NCBI GenBank assembly: GCA_963762195.1
Contig: CAVXJX010000012.1
Location: forward strand, 127,044 to 191,043
DNA length: 64,000 nt
Direction of reading: 5' to 3'
From: an uncultured Solirubrobacterales bacterium
Lineage (GTDB): Bacteria > Actinomycetota > Thermoleophilia > Solirubrobacterales > JBBDJG01
Part shown: positions 50,148 through 59,464 of the stretch, piece after piece
How positions within the stretch are numbered: position 1 is the first letter of the stretch
Layout: every line of letters starts with the position of its first letter
Translations under genes and position numbers: made by a program
The notes under the pieces: model-generated
The model's input: only the letters and a program-made list of their open reading frames with translations
What the model was told of the DNA's origin: nothing
Databases searched by the model: none

Positions 50148-51348
50148 GCAAGCGGCGCGACATGACCCCGGCGACCGGCTCGCGCGGGGAGCCGGCTCGT
50201 GGCGCGCGGCGGTCGAGGGCGAGGACGTCGCACTCGCGCGCCCGCGTTCGGCGACGCGCGCGAGTCGTTCCTCTACGGGCCCGACACGCGCTACAGCGGC
50301 GCGGAGCCGCAGCCGGGCCAGGTCGCCGCGGCAAATCGCCGGATGCGCAGCGAGCGCGGCCGGCCGACCTGCGCGGGCCGTTCCTGAAGGCGCCCGTGTG
50401 GACCTGGGAGGTCCGGCTGTACTTCTGGCTCGGCGGTGTCGCGTCGGGATCGGCGTTCGTCGCGCTGGCCGCCGACCTGGCGGGCGACGAGCGCTCGGCC
50501 GCAGTCGCGCGCAAGGTCGCGCTCGCCGCCGTCGTGCCGGCACCGGCGCTGCTGATCTCCGACCTCGGCCGCCCGGCGCGCTTCCTCAACATGCTGCGCG
50601 TCTTCAAGCCGCGGTCGCCGATGAGCCTCGGCGCCTGGTGTCTGGCCGCGTTCAGCTCGGTCGGCGCGGCGGCCGTCGGCGCCGACCTGCTCGGGCGGCG
50701 TCGCACCGCGCGGAGCCTGGGCGCGGTCAACGCGCTGCTCGGCGGCTACCTCGGTTCCTACGCCGGCGTTCTGCTCGCAGCGACCGCCGTGCCGGTGTGG
50801 GCCCGCAGCCGCATCTTCCTCGGGCCGATCTTCGTCGCGACCGCGACGGCGACGGGCGCGGCCGCGACGCGGCTCGCGCTGACCGCGACGGGCCAGGCCG
50901 AGGACCATCCGACGCGCATCGCGCTCGCCCGCCTGGAGACCGCCGCGATCCTGACCGAGCTGGCGCTGTCGGCGGTGAACGAGCGCCGGCTCGGCCGCGT
51001 GGGCGACGCGTTGTCCGAGGGCGCGGCGGGCCGGCAGTTTGCCACCGCGAAGGGACTCGTCGGCGGCGGCCTTGCGCTCGGGCTGGTCGGCGGGCGGCCG
51101 CCGGGCGCAACGTGACCGGCGTCCTCTACCTCGCCGGCGGGCTGGCGTTCCGGATCGCCTGGGTCGAAGCGGGCAGGGCATCCGCCCGCGACGACGAGGC
51201 CGTCGCGCTCACGGCGCGCGGCCCGCAGCAGCGCAAGGCCGCCGACAATCGCCCGTCACGGGTACCCGCTCGTGCGCCCCTACGCGTTTGGAGCCGCACG
51301 ATCGGCCGGGCGAGCCTCGCGGTGGAGCGGTTGCTGCGACGACCTTGA
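50144..51348 (+). pseudogene. NrfD/PsrC-like membrane anchor subunit, frame-broken (N-terminus unresolved)
   Basis: GTG 50144 overlaps the fdhB stop. The core reads ...LRGPFLKAPVWTWEVRLYFWLGGVASGSAFVALAA...RFLNMLRVFKPRSPMSLGAW.... The typical C-terminus VTGVLYLAGGLAFRIAWVEAGRASARDDEAV lies in another frame, and the break at ~51095 needs 1 nt added. The first ~80 codons are Arg-rich in every frame and could not be resolved. Confidence 0.65.
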
Positions 51349-51420
51349 GGCGGTCGTGACCCGGGTGGCGCGGATTTTGCTCGCCGTAGGCGCAAAACCC
51401 GCGCCACCTTGATCGTGGCG

Positions 51421-52921
51421 CTAGGCGGCCTCGGAGTACGCCGGCTCCAGCGCCAGCTCCTGCTCGGGCTCCTCCTCGACCGCCGTGACCGCCGCGGGCT
51501 CGAGCACCGTCACCGCGATGACGATCGCCGCCGCCACCAGGCCCGCGGCGACGCCGAAGGCGAGGTGGAAGCCGCCGGTCAGCGCAGCGGCGTTCGAGGC
51601 GCCGCCGTCGAGCAGGGTCCCGGTGCGGCTCGTCGCGAGCGTCGCCAGCACGGCAAGACCGATCGCCCCGCCGACCTGCATGCTCGTGTTGACGAGGCCG
51701 GATGCCAGCCCGGAGTCGCTCTGCGTCGCGCCCGACATGGCGAGCGTCGCCATCGCCGGGAACGCGATTCCCGCGCCCAGGCCGAGCAGGACCATCACCG
51801 GCAGGACGTCGGCGACGTAGCTGCCGTCCACCGGCGCCTGCGTGAAGAGCAGGAGCCCGGCGACGATCAGGAGGAGGCTGGGAACCAGGGTCGTCCGGGC
51901 GCCGAACCGCATCATGAGGCGGGCGGAGAACCCGAGCGACAGCGCCCCGATGAGGACGGCGACCGGAAGGAACGCGAGCCCGATCTCGAGGGCGTCGTAG
52001 CCCAGGACGTCCTGCAGGTACAGGGTGCCGAGGAAGAACATGCCGAACATCCCGGCGACCATCAGCATCTGCACCACGTTGGCGCCCGAGACGTTGCGCG
52101 AGCGGAAGATCCGCAGCGGCATGAGCGGGTTGGCCGTGCGCGCCTGGCGCACGACGAACCCGGCCAGCAGCGCGAGCGACACCGCGCCGAAGCCGAGCGT
52201 GCGCGCCGGACGTCCAGCCGTAGTCGCCGACCTCGAGGATCGTGTAGACGCCGAGCATCAGGGCCGTCGTGACCAACAGCGCCCCGAGCACGTCGGCGCC
52301 ACGGCCGAGCCCGATGCCCTTGTCGTCTTCGACAAGCCGCAGCGCAAGCACCGCGGTGGCGATGCCGATCGGCAGGTTCACGAAGAAGATCCAGTGCCAG
52401 TTGAGGGCCTCGGTCAGCACGCCGCCCGCCAGCAGCCCGATCGAAGCGCCGGCCGCCGCGATGAAGCTGTAGACGCCGATCGCCTTCGCCTGCTCCCCCG
52501 GCTCGGGGAACATCGTCACGATCATCCCGAGGATCACCGCGGACGTCATTGCACCACCGACCCCCTGCAGGAACCGCGCGCCGATCAGCATGCCCTCGGT
52601 CTGGGCCAGGCCGCAGAACAGCGACGCCGCGGTGAAGATCGTCAGGCCCGCCATGAACATGCGCCGGCGGCCGATCAGGTCGCCGATGCGCCCGGCCAGC
52701 AGCAGCAGGCCGCCGAACGCGATCAGGTAGGCGTTCACCACCCACGCGAGGTTCGCCTGCGAGAAGCCGAGATCGCTCTGGATCGCCGGCAGCGCGACGT
52801 TCACGATCGCCGAGTCCAGGATGATCATGAGGAATCCGGCGCACAGCACGTAGAGGGCGAGCCAGCGCGCCCGCTCGCCGCGGTCCACCGAGGGTTGAAG
52901 CGTTGCGACGGTCCCGCTCAT
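51421..52921 (-). pseudogene. MFS transporter, 14-TMS DHA2/EmrB-QacA type, one frame break
   Basis: ATG 52921 gives MSGTVATLQPS...WLALYVLCAGFLMIILDSAIVNVALPAIQSDLGFS...AGRIGDLIGRRR... | RTLGFGAVSLALLAGFVVRQARTANPLMPLRIFRSRN... Deleting 1 nt at ~52205 joins the halves. Confidence 0.82.
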
Positions 52922-53196
52922 CGGGCTGCCCGGGGCGGGATCGAGGGAAGAGCGAACCGTGAGATCTTCCGGCGGGGGTGGTGCAGGGCTCCGCGGGCGT
53001 GCCGGCTGGAGAGGTCGTGGATGTACTGGGCTGTGATCGCAGCCGCCCCCCGCTGCGCGCGCTGCGCCTGCGGGGAGTCGGCCTGCCTGGGTGTCGGTGC
53101 GTGGTCCATGGGATACCTCGGTGCAGAGCGTTGTACGATGGTTGTCGTACGGTAGCACTTGTACGACGATCATCGTACAATTGGCTCTGTAAAGCG

Positions 53197-53527
53197 ATGC
53201 CGACCCAGACGACCACCGAGATCCCCCACCCCACTCGCGCCGAGCTCGAGCTCGGCGCCGTGCTGCATGCGCTCAGCGATCCGGTGCGCCTGAAGATCGT
53301 CGCCGCGCTGGCCCGCGCCGAGGACGGGCCGCCGCAGACCTGCGGGAGCTTCGACGTACCCGTATCGAAGTCAACGTGCACCCATCACTTCAAGGTGCTC
53401 CGGGAGGCAGGCGTGATCCGCCAGGAGCCCGAGGGCACCACGCGCCTGAACACGCCTGCGGCGCGACGACCTCGACGCGCGGTTCCCGGGCCTGCTCGAG
53501 ACGATCCTGCAGTCCGCCCCGGCTTAG
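53197..53527 (+). pseudogene. ArsR/SmtB-family HTH regulator, one frame break; divergent from the MFS gene
   Basis: Reads MPTQTTTEIPHPTRAELELGAVLHALSDPVRLKIVAALA...CTHHFKVLREAGVIRQEPEGTTRLNT | LRRDDLDARFPGLLETILQSAPA*. Deleting the c at ~53455 restores the frame. Confidence 0.75.
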
Positions 53528-53875
53528 GTGGGTCGCGAACCGTTGGTAGGTCACTTGACTTAAGTGCGGTTGAGATGCACACGGGAGGACGCCAGCAAAT
53601 CGGCGACGGCGGCACTAGATGACAGTCAGACACTCGAGAGCACGCGGTCAGCAGCAGGTTGCAGTGGATGCCTGAAGGAAGTGGGATCTGGGGAGTGAAG
53701 TGGAGCACGCTTCGGCGGCAGCATTCACCTCGGCCGCGGGAACTGAGCCTCGTGCCGCGCGTCCCGGCGCGTGCTTTGCCGACATCCCCTGCTCGGTGGG
53801 TGCGGGAACGTGAGATCGTCCGCTCGAGCTACGAGCGCGCAGTGTCAACGAGACTTGAAAGAAACGCTCCGGCAC

Positions 53876-54502
53876 ATGCAGACCGAGCTGCCCAGCCTCT
53901 ACGCGTCGACGCCGCATCCACTGCCGTTCGCTCCGTCCCTATACATCCGTTCCTTCCTGTTGCGGCGCGATCGGGGCAACCTGCTGGTGTACGGCGCTCC
54001 GGCGACCGACGCCGACGTGCGGGCGATGGCTGACCTCGGCGGCGTTTCCCGCCACTACCTGAATCACCGCCACGAGGCCTCGTTCGCGAGTCCCGCGATC
54101 GCCGCGCAGTTCGGTGCGCCGCTCGTGGTGCACGAACGCGAGCGCGCATCGGTCGCTGAGACGCTGGCGGTCGCGGAGACCTTCTCCGCGCGCTCGACGC
54201 TCGATGACGACTTCGAGATGATCCCCATCCCGGGACACACGAGCGGCGCCACGGCCTACCTGTGGGACAGCGGCGAGCACCGCCTCCTGTTCACCGGCGA
54301 CACGGTCATGCTCGACGAGGGCGAGTGGGCCACAGCCGTGCTCGAGTCGAGCGATCGCGCGCTTTACATGAAAAGCCTCGAAATCATCCGCGACCTGGAC
54401 TTCGACGTACTGGTTCCGTGGGCGGCGAGCAACGGACAGCCGTTCTACGCCCTCGCCGACGGGGCCGATACCCGGCGCCGTATCGACGCGTTGCTGGCCT
54501 AA
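53876..54502 (+). CDS. MBL-fold metallo-hydrolase
   Basis: ATG 53876 gives ...[13 protein letters not shown]...[32 protein letters not shown]... The HxHxxx / H / D pattern is partly degenerate. 208 aa. Confidence 0.7.
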   Translation: MQTELPSLYASTPHPLPFAPSLYIRSFLLRRDRGNLLVYGAPATDADVRAMADLGGVSRHYLNHRHEASFASPAIAAQFGAPLVVHERERASVAETLAVAETFSARSTLDDDFEMIPIPGHTSGATAYLWDSGEHRLLFTGDTVMLDEGEWATAVLESSDRALYMKSLEIIRDLDFDVLVPWAASNGQPFYALADGADTRRRIDALLA

Positions 54503-55179
54503 CCCGGCAGGGCCGAGTCATGGCCGGGGGTGACCAGACCGCTCTCGTAGCCGAAGATCACGGCGTGCACGCGGTCGCGCAGGTGGAGCTTCATCAGGAT
54601 GCGCTTGACATGAGTCTTGACCGTCGACTCCTCGATCACGAGCCGGTCCGCGATCTCGCGGTTGCTCAGTCCGAGGGCGACCAGCTCGAGCACGTCGCGC
54701 TCGCGCGGCGTGAGCTCCTCCAGCTGCTCCGACGACGGCTGGGCCCGGTCGAGGCGATGGGCCATCCGGTTGATCACGCGGCGCGTCACCGACGGTGACA
54801 GCAGCGCCTCGCCGGCCGCGACGGTGTGGATCGCGGCGATCAGGTCCTCGGGGCTGGTCCGCTTGAGGAGGAAGCCCGAAGCGCCGGCGCTGAGCGAACC
54901 GAAGATGTAGTCGTCCTCCTCGAACGTCGTCAGCACGAGCACCTTCACCGACGGGTCCGTCGACAGTATCTGCTGCGTCGCGGAGATCCCGTCGAGGCGC
55001 GGCATGCGCACGTCCATCAGCACGACGTCGGGAGCAAGCGCGCCGACTCGCTCGACCGCTTCGAGCCCGTCCGTCGCCTCACCGACCACCTCGACGGTCT
55101 CGTCGCTGGACAGCACGGCCCGCAGGCCGGCGCGCATCAGGTCGTCGTCGTCGACGAGCAACACGCGCACAGCCGTCAT
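54499..55179 (-). CDS. NarL/FixJ-family response regulator (REC + LuxR HTH)
   Basis: Intact 226 aa: [15 protein letters not shown]...[15 protein letters not shown]...[40 protein letters not shown]. Confidence 0.9.
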   Translation of the reverse strand: MTAVRVLLVDDDDLMRAGLRAVLSSDETVEVVGEATDGLEAVERVGALAPDVVLMDVRMPRLDGISATQQILSTDPSVKVLVLTTFEEDDYIFGSLSAGASGFLLKRTSPEDLIAAIHTVAAGEALLSPSVTRRVINRMAHRLDRAQPSSEQLEELTPRERDVLELVALGLSNREIADRLVIEESTVKTHVKRILMKLHLRDRVHAVIFGYESGLVTPGHDSALPG

Positions 55180-56423
55180 GCAGGCTCGCCCCTGTAGGGC
55201 AGCAGGGCCCGCACGACGAAAACGCCGTCCTCTCCCCGCGCATCCAGAGTGCCGCCGAGCAGGGTTGCCCGCTCCCGCATGCCGACGATGCCGTGCCCCC
55301 CACCACCGTGCGAAGACCCGCCCCCGGGCAGCATCTCGAGCAGCGGGACCTTGTCGCCGTCAGGACGCAGCGTGTTCGTGACGCTGACCTCGAGCGCGCG
55401 GGGGCCGTAGTGCACGACGATGTCGGCGCTGCCGCTGCCGTGACGCACCGCGTTCGTCAGCGCTTCCTGGACGATCCGGTACGCGGCCCGGTCGACGTCG
55501 GCGGGAAGGGGCTGCTCCTCGCCCTCGACGTGGGTGGTGACCGGCCGGCCGGCCGTGCGCTGGTGTTCGACGAGCGTCTCGATGTCACGCAGCCCGGGCA
55601 GCGGAGAGGCTCCCTCGTCTGCCGGGCCGTGCTCGCGCAGGTGGCGCACGAGGCGATCGATCTCCTCGATCGTGCTGCGCGCGATCTGCTCGATCGTCTC
55701 GAGCGCGGAACGCGAGCGCGGCGGATCGCGGTCGCGCAGCAGCCGGGCGGCGCCCGCCTCGACGAGGACCACGTTCATCGCGTGTCCGACGGAGTCGTGG
55801 AGCTCACGGGCGATCCGCGTGCGCTCTTCGGCGGCGGCGAGGCGGCGGTCGCGCTCGGCCTCGCGCTCGACCTGCTGCACGCGCTGCTCGAGCTCGGCGA
55901 TCCGCTCGCGTCGCAGGCGCGTCCGGTCACCGGCGAACCAAACGGCGAGCCAGAAGGCCGCCGCCGCGAGGAGCTCGGCGAGCGGGAAGCTGTCGTCGAC
56001 CGCGACGAAGGCGCCGGCCGTAGCGACGAAGGCGATCCCCACGAGCACCGTCGCCGCCCGCGGCGTGAGGGCCTCCCGCTCGCCCGCGGCCGCGAGCGAG
56101 AAGACGGCGATCAGCGGCAGGTTGCTGAACTCGCCCGGATAACGCAGCAGGAGGATCGGCACGACCGCCGCCACCGTCAGCACCAGCACGAGTGAGGGCG
56201 CGACGCGGCGAAACGCGAGCGGAATGCAGGCGAGCGCGAGCAGGACGACGCCGAGCGCATCGCCGTCGCGCGTGGCTTCCGGCGGCGGCCCGAGCCCCTC
56301 GCCGAGCAGGATCACGACACCGAACGCGAACACGAGGCACGCGACGGCGACGTCGATCAGGCGGTCCCTCTTCGAGAGGCGCTCCGCGTTCAGGGTCCAA
56401 GCGGCTACGAGCGTCGAGTTCAC
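55176..56423 (-). CDS. sensor histidine kinase (HisKA_3 + HATPase_c), membrane-bound
   Basis: Intact 415 aa with ~5 N-terminal TMS. The H-box reads [17 protein letters not shown]. The ATPase blocks are [10 protein letters not shown] and [13 protein letters not shown]. Its stop overlaps the RR start (ATGA). Confidence 0.85.
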   Translation of the reverse strand: MNSTLVAAWTLNAERLSKRDRLIDVAVACLVFAFGVVILLGEGLGPPPEATRDGDALGVVLLALACIPLAFRRVAPSLVLVLTVAAVVPILLLRYPGEFSNLPLIAVFSLAAAGEREALTPRAATVLVGIAFVATAGAFVAVDDSFPLAELLAAAAFWLAVWFAGDRTRLRRERIAELEQRVQQVEREAERDRRLAAAEERTRIARELHDSVGHAMNVVLVEAGAARLLRDRDPPRSRSALETIEQIARSTIEEIDRLVRHLREHGPADEGASPLPGLRDIETLVEHQRTAGRPVTTHVEGEEQPLPADVDRAAYRIVQEALTNAVRHGSGSADIVVHYGPRALEVSVTNTLRPDGDKVPLLEMLPGGGSSHGGGGHGIVGMRERATLLGGTLDARGEDGVFVVRALLPYRGEPA

Positions 56424-56537
56424 CTCACCGTCCCCGCCCGAAGGTACCCGACGGCCGCGGTGACCGCGTCCTCCCGCGGAATGATCGACGTACCCCTGTG
56501 GGAGGAGTTACCCTGCCATTCTTCTTACAGTCTTTCC

Positions 56538-56937
56538 ATGCCCACATGGGAAGACGTGGTGGAGATCGGCACCGGATTCCCGGGAGTCGAGACGTCGCAC
56601 GTCCTACGGCACCCCGGCGCTGAAGGTGAAGGGCAAGCTCATGTGCCGGCTGCGCACCGACCCCGACGCGCTCGTGGTGCGAGTGCTCGACCTCGCCGAT
56701 GCCGCGAGGCGCTGCTGCAGGGCAGCCCCGAGGTGTTCTTCACGACCCCGCACTACGACGGCTATCCCTACGTGCTGGTGCGGCTCGAGGCGGTGGACCG
56801 GGTCCAGCTGCGCCGAGCTGCTGGAGGACGCCTGGCGGATCCGCGCCCCCAAGCGCCTCGTCGCCGAATACGAAAGACCGTCAGGCAAACTGATCCGCCA
56901 ACCACGACAGTCAGGAGCGCGACATGGCAACACGTAA
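56538..56937 (+). pseudogene. MmcQ/YjbR-family protein, three frame breaks
   Basis: Segments: MPTWEDVVEIGTGFPGVETS | TSYGTPALKVKGKLMCRLRTDPDALVVRVLDLAD | EALLQGSPEVFFTTPHYDGYPYVLVRLEAVDRVQL | AELLEDAWRIRAPKRLVAEY... Breaks lie at ~56598 (+1), ~56704 (-1) and ~56811 (+1). The 3' end is uncertain. Confidence 0.6.
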
Positions 56938-57355
56938 CGGCAGCGCCGAGTGGCGCGGCGACCTCAAGGGCGGCGAGGGTGACCTCACCGTCGGCGACGG
57001 CGTCTTCAAGGGCGCGTACTCGTTCTCGTCCCGGTTCGAGGAGGGCGAGGGCACGAATCCGGAGGAGCTGATCGCCGCCGCGCACGCGGCCTGCTTCTCG
57101 ATGGCGCTCGCGAACGTCATGGCCGAGCACGGGCACCCCGCCGAGTCGGTGCGCACGGTCGCCAAGGTGCATCTGCGCCAGACCGACGCCGGGCCGACGA
57201 TCCAGCGCATCGACCTGGAGACGGAAGGCCGCGTGCCCGGGATCGACCAGGCCCACTTCGCCGAGCACGCCGAGGAGGCGAAGCAGGGCTGTCCGGTCTC
57301 GCGCGCGCTCGCGGGCGTCGAGGAGATCAACCTGACGGCGACCCTCGTGACCTGA
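56924..57355 (+). CDS. osmC: OsmC-family peroxiredoxin
   Basis: Intact 143 aa: MATRNGSAEWRGDLKGGEGDLTVGDGVFKGAYSFSSRFEEGEGTNPEELIAAAHAACFSMAL...AKQGCPVSRAL. The two conserved Cys are present. Confidence 0.88.
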   Translation: MATRNGSAEWRGDLKGGEGDLTVGDGVFKGAYSFSSRFEEGEGTNPEELIAAAHAACFSMALANVMAEHGHPAESVRTVAKVHLRQTDAGPTIQRIDLETEGRVPGIDQAHFAEHAEEAKQGCPVSRALAGVEEINLTATLVT

Positions 57356-57369
57356 GAGCGTGCTCCCAC

Positions 57370-57385
57370 GGGGGGGGGGGGGGGG
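57370..57385. repeat. G16 homopolymer tract
   Basis: Direct count: g at 57370 through 57385. The tract begins 15 nt after the OsmC stop. Confidence 0.95.
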
Positions 57386-57729
57386 CCTGGACGCTCAGTG
57401 GCTATGTATCGCTTGCTGCGAAAGCGTAAGCGTAGGGCCAGAACGAGGCGGGCGATTCGATGAGGTGCGGACCTGCAAACCAAGGTAACGCACCTTCTCA
57501 CCCTCGCGGATGCTTCACGCAAGGCGATGCGGAAGCTGCGCGCCCAGTCCGCAATCAGCTGAACTTTGCGTGGACCGCCGCCTCGACATCGAAGAACGTG
57601 GGACTGCGCCGCCAGCGGTCGCAGAAGGCGACGATCCCCGCTTCCCATACGGCACGCGGTAGCTTCGAAAACGATCGGAGTAACGACCCGTGGCTCTGCG
57701 CTCGAGCTCAATGGTCGCTAGTCACCTGG

Positions 57730-58470
57730 CTAGTCCAGGTCGCGGGCGCGCAACAGTCCGGCGCTCACGACAAACGTGACGCCGATCCACGCCAGCATCG
57801 CGAGGGCCGCGAGGCCCGGCGCGAGGAAGTCCTCGTCGAATCCGGAATCGCTCGAGGGATCGTCGGCCGCCGCGCTGGGCAGCGAGCCGATCGGCCCGAA
57901 CCGGCCCACGTCTGGAGCGAGCCCGGCGACAGTGGGCTCGATCGCGAGGCCGATCACGAGCACGCCCACGATGGCGACGGCCTGGTTTCGCACGAGCGCA
58001 CCGATGGTCACGCCAAATGCACCGAGCAAGAGCGCGGGAATGGCATTGCGCCCAACCTGGACGGCAAGCTCACCGGCCTCGGGCACCGGCAGGTCGCGCA
58101 CCGAGAGGATCGTGAGGCCCACGATCGCGATGACGATGGAGATCACCAGCGACATCACGACGCCCGCTGCAGCGAACGCAACGGTCTTGGCGGCGAGGAA
58201 CCGCAGCCGGTCGGGAGCGGCGAGCAAAGAGCTCGTGATCGTGCGGTGACGCCACTCGCCGCTGATGCCGATGACCGCGAGCAGCAGGATGAAGAGGCTG
58301 CTCGTGTCGGCGGTGAACACGTCGACGAGCACGTCTTCCTCGCTGGGCTCGGTCAGTACGCTCACCAGCACGGTCAGCAACACCGACGTGGCGAGCGCCA
58401 CCGCGGTGAGCGCGATGAAGGTGCGCGTCGTGCGCAGCTTCAGCAGCTCCGCCTGCAGCAGTGCCCTCAC
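57730..58470 (-). CDS. ABC-2 family transporter permease
   Basis: Intact 246 aa, 6 TMS: MRALLQAELLKLRTTRTFIALTAVALATSVLL...ISGEWRHRTITSSLLAAP.R..FLAAK... Confidence 0.75.
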   Translation of the reverse strand: MRALLQAELLKLRTTRTFIALTAVALATSVLLTVLVSVLTEPSEEDVLVDVFTADTSSLFILLLAVIGISGEWRHRTITSSLLAAPDRLRFLAAKTVAFAAAGVVMSLVISIVIAIVGLTILSVRDLPVPEAGELAVQVGRNAIPALLLGAFGVTIGALVRNQAVAIVGVLVIGLAIEPTVAGLAPDVGRFGPIGSLPSAAADDPSSDSGFDEDFLAPGLAALAMLAWIGVTFVVSAGLLRARDLD

Positions 58471-59360
58471 GACTGATCCTCCGTGAGCTCCAGGAATGCG
58501 TCCTCCAGCGACCGGGACACAACGCCGAGCTCGGACAGCACGACGCGGTGCTCGGCCGCGACCTCGCCCACCGCCTCCGGCGCGACGCCGCGCACGAGGA
58601 GGACACCCTCGCCGTCTGGCTCCACGGCGATGCCCCGGTCGCGGAGCAGCCCCGTCAGCCCCTCGGCATCGCGGGCGCGCACGCGTGTGACAGGCCCGTC
58701 GCCGCCGCCGAGCACGCGCTCGAGCGGACCGCTCTCGCGGAGCCGGCCGTGGGCGATCACGACGACGTCGTCGGCACTGAGCGCGACCTCCGACAGCAGA
58801 TGGCTCGACACCAGGACCGCCCGCCCGCGCCCCGCCTGCGCGCGCAGGAGGTCCCGGATCCAGCGGATGCCGGGCGGGTCGAGGCCGTTCGCGGGCTCGT
58901 CGAGGATCAGCACCTCCGGATCGCCGAGCAGTGCCACCGCGATCGCCAGGCGCTGGCGCATCCCCATCGAATAGCCGCGCACGCGGCGGTCTGCCGCATG
59001 CGCGAGGTCCACCTGGTCGAGCACCTCCTGCACCCGGCTCGCCGGGTGGCGACCCGCTGCGGCCAGCACGCGCAGGTGGTTGCGGCCGCTGCGCCCCGGA
59101 TGAAAGCTCGCGTCCTCGAGCACCGCGCCGACGTGGGCGCTCGGGTGCGGCAGGTCCTCGTAGCGACGCCCGTCGAAGCTGCCGGCGCCCGTGTCGGCGT
59201 GGATCAGGCCCAGCAACATCCGCAGCGTCGTGCTCTTGCCCGCGCCGTTCGGACCGAGGAAGCCGGTGACCCGGCCCGCCTCGACGGTGAACGACAGGTC
59301 GTCGACGGCCTGGACCGAGCCAAAGCGCTTGCTCACCCCGTCGATCTCGATCGCCGTCAT
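58467..59360 (-). CDS. ABC transporter ATP-binding protein
   Basis: Intact 297 aa with Walker A GFLGPNGAGKSTT, signature YSMGMRQRL and Walker B ILILDEPANGLD. Its stop overlaps the permease start (GTGA). Confidence 0.88.
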   Translation of the reverse strand: MTAIEIDGVSKRFGSVQAVDDLSFTVEAGRVTGFLGPNGAGKSTTLRMLLGLIHADTGAGSFDGRRYEDLPHPSAHVGAVLEDASFHPGRSGRNHLRVLAAAGRHPASRVQEVLDQVDLAHAADRRVRGYSMGMRQRLAIAVALLGDPEVLILDEPANGLDPPGIRWIRDLLRAQAGRGRAVLVSSHLLSEVALSADDVVVIAHGRLRESGPLERVLGGGDGPVTRVRARDAEGLTGLLRDRGIAVEPDGEGVLLVRGVAPEAVGEVAAEHRVVLSELGVVSRSLEDAFLELTEDQS

Positions 59361-59464
59361 GGACGCAAGATGGTAGGGAGTGTGAGCTTCATCTCTGAAC
59401 CGTTGTAGCCGACGGCCGCAGCCCGTACCTTTCCAGGCTGCTCATTTCCCGAAGGAGGTAGTTC

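Noticed and set aside
50144-50400. An attempt to reconstruct the N-terminus of the NrfD-like subunit from three frames (MTPATGSRGEP / GSWRAAVEGEDVALARPR / FGDARESFLYGPDTRYSGAEPQPGQVAAANRRMRSERG).
   Set aside because: Each frame is plausible but none is diagnostic, and the required series of -1 steps is speculative. I report only the confident core and the C-terminal break.
53640-53700. An SRP (4.5S) RNA-like motif CCTGAAGGAAGTGGG, and a ykkC-like ACACGGGAGGA nearby.
   Set aside because: Only a short GAAGGAAG core matches. The flanking conserved helix-8 sequence (GGUCCGGAAGGAAGCAGCC) and the pairing partners are absent. The ykkC resemblance is likewise limited to about 8 nt.
56924-56937. The 14-nt overlap between the YjbR-like 3' end and the OsmC start, read as a functional coupling.
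   Set aside because: The YjbR-like gene has three frame breaks and its true stop is uncertain. The overlap may be an artefact of reading the wrong terminal frame.
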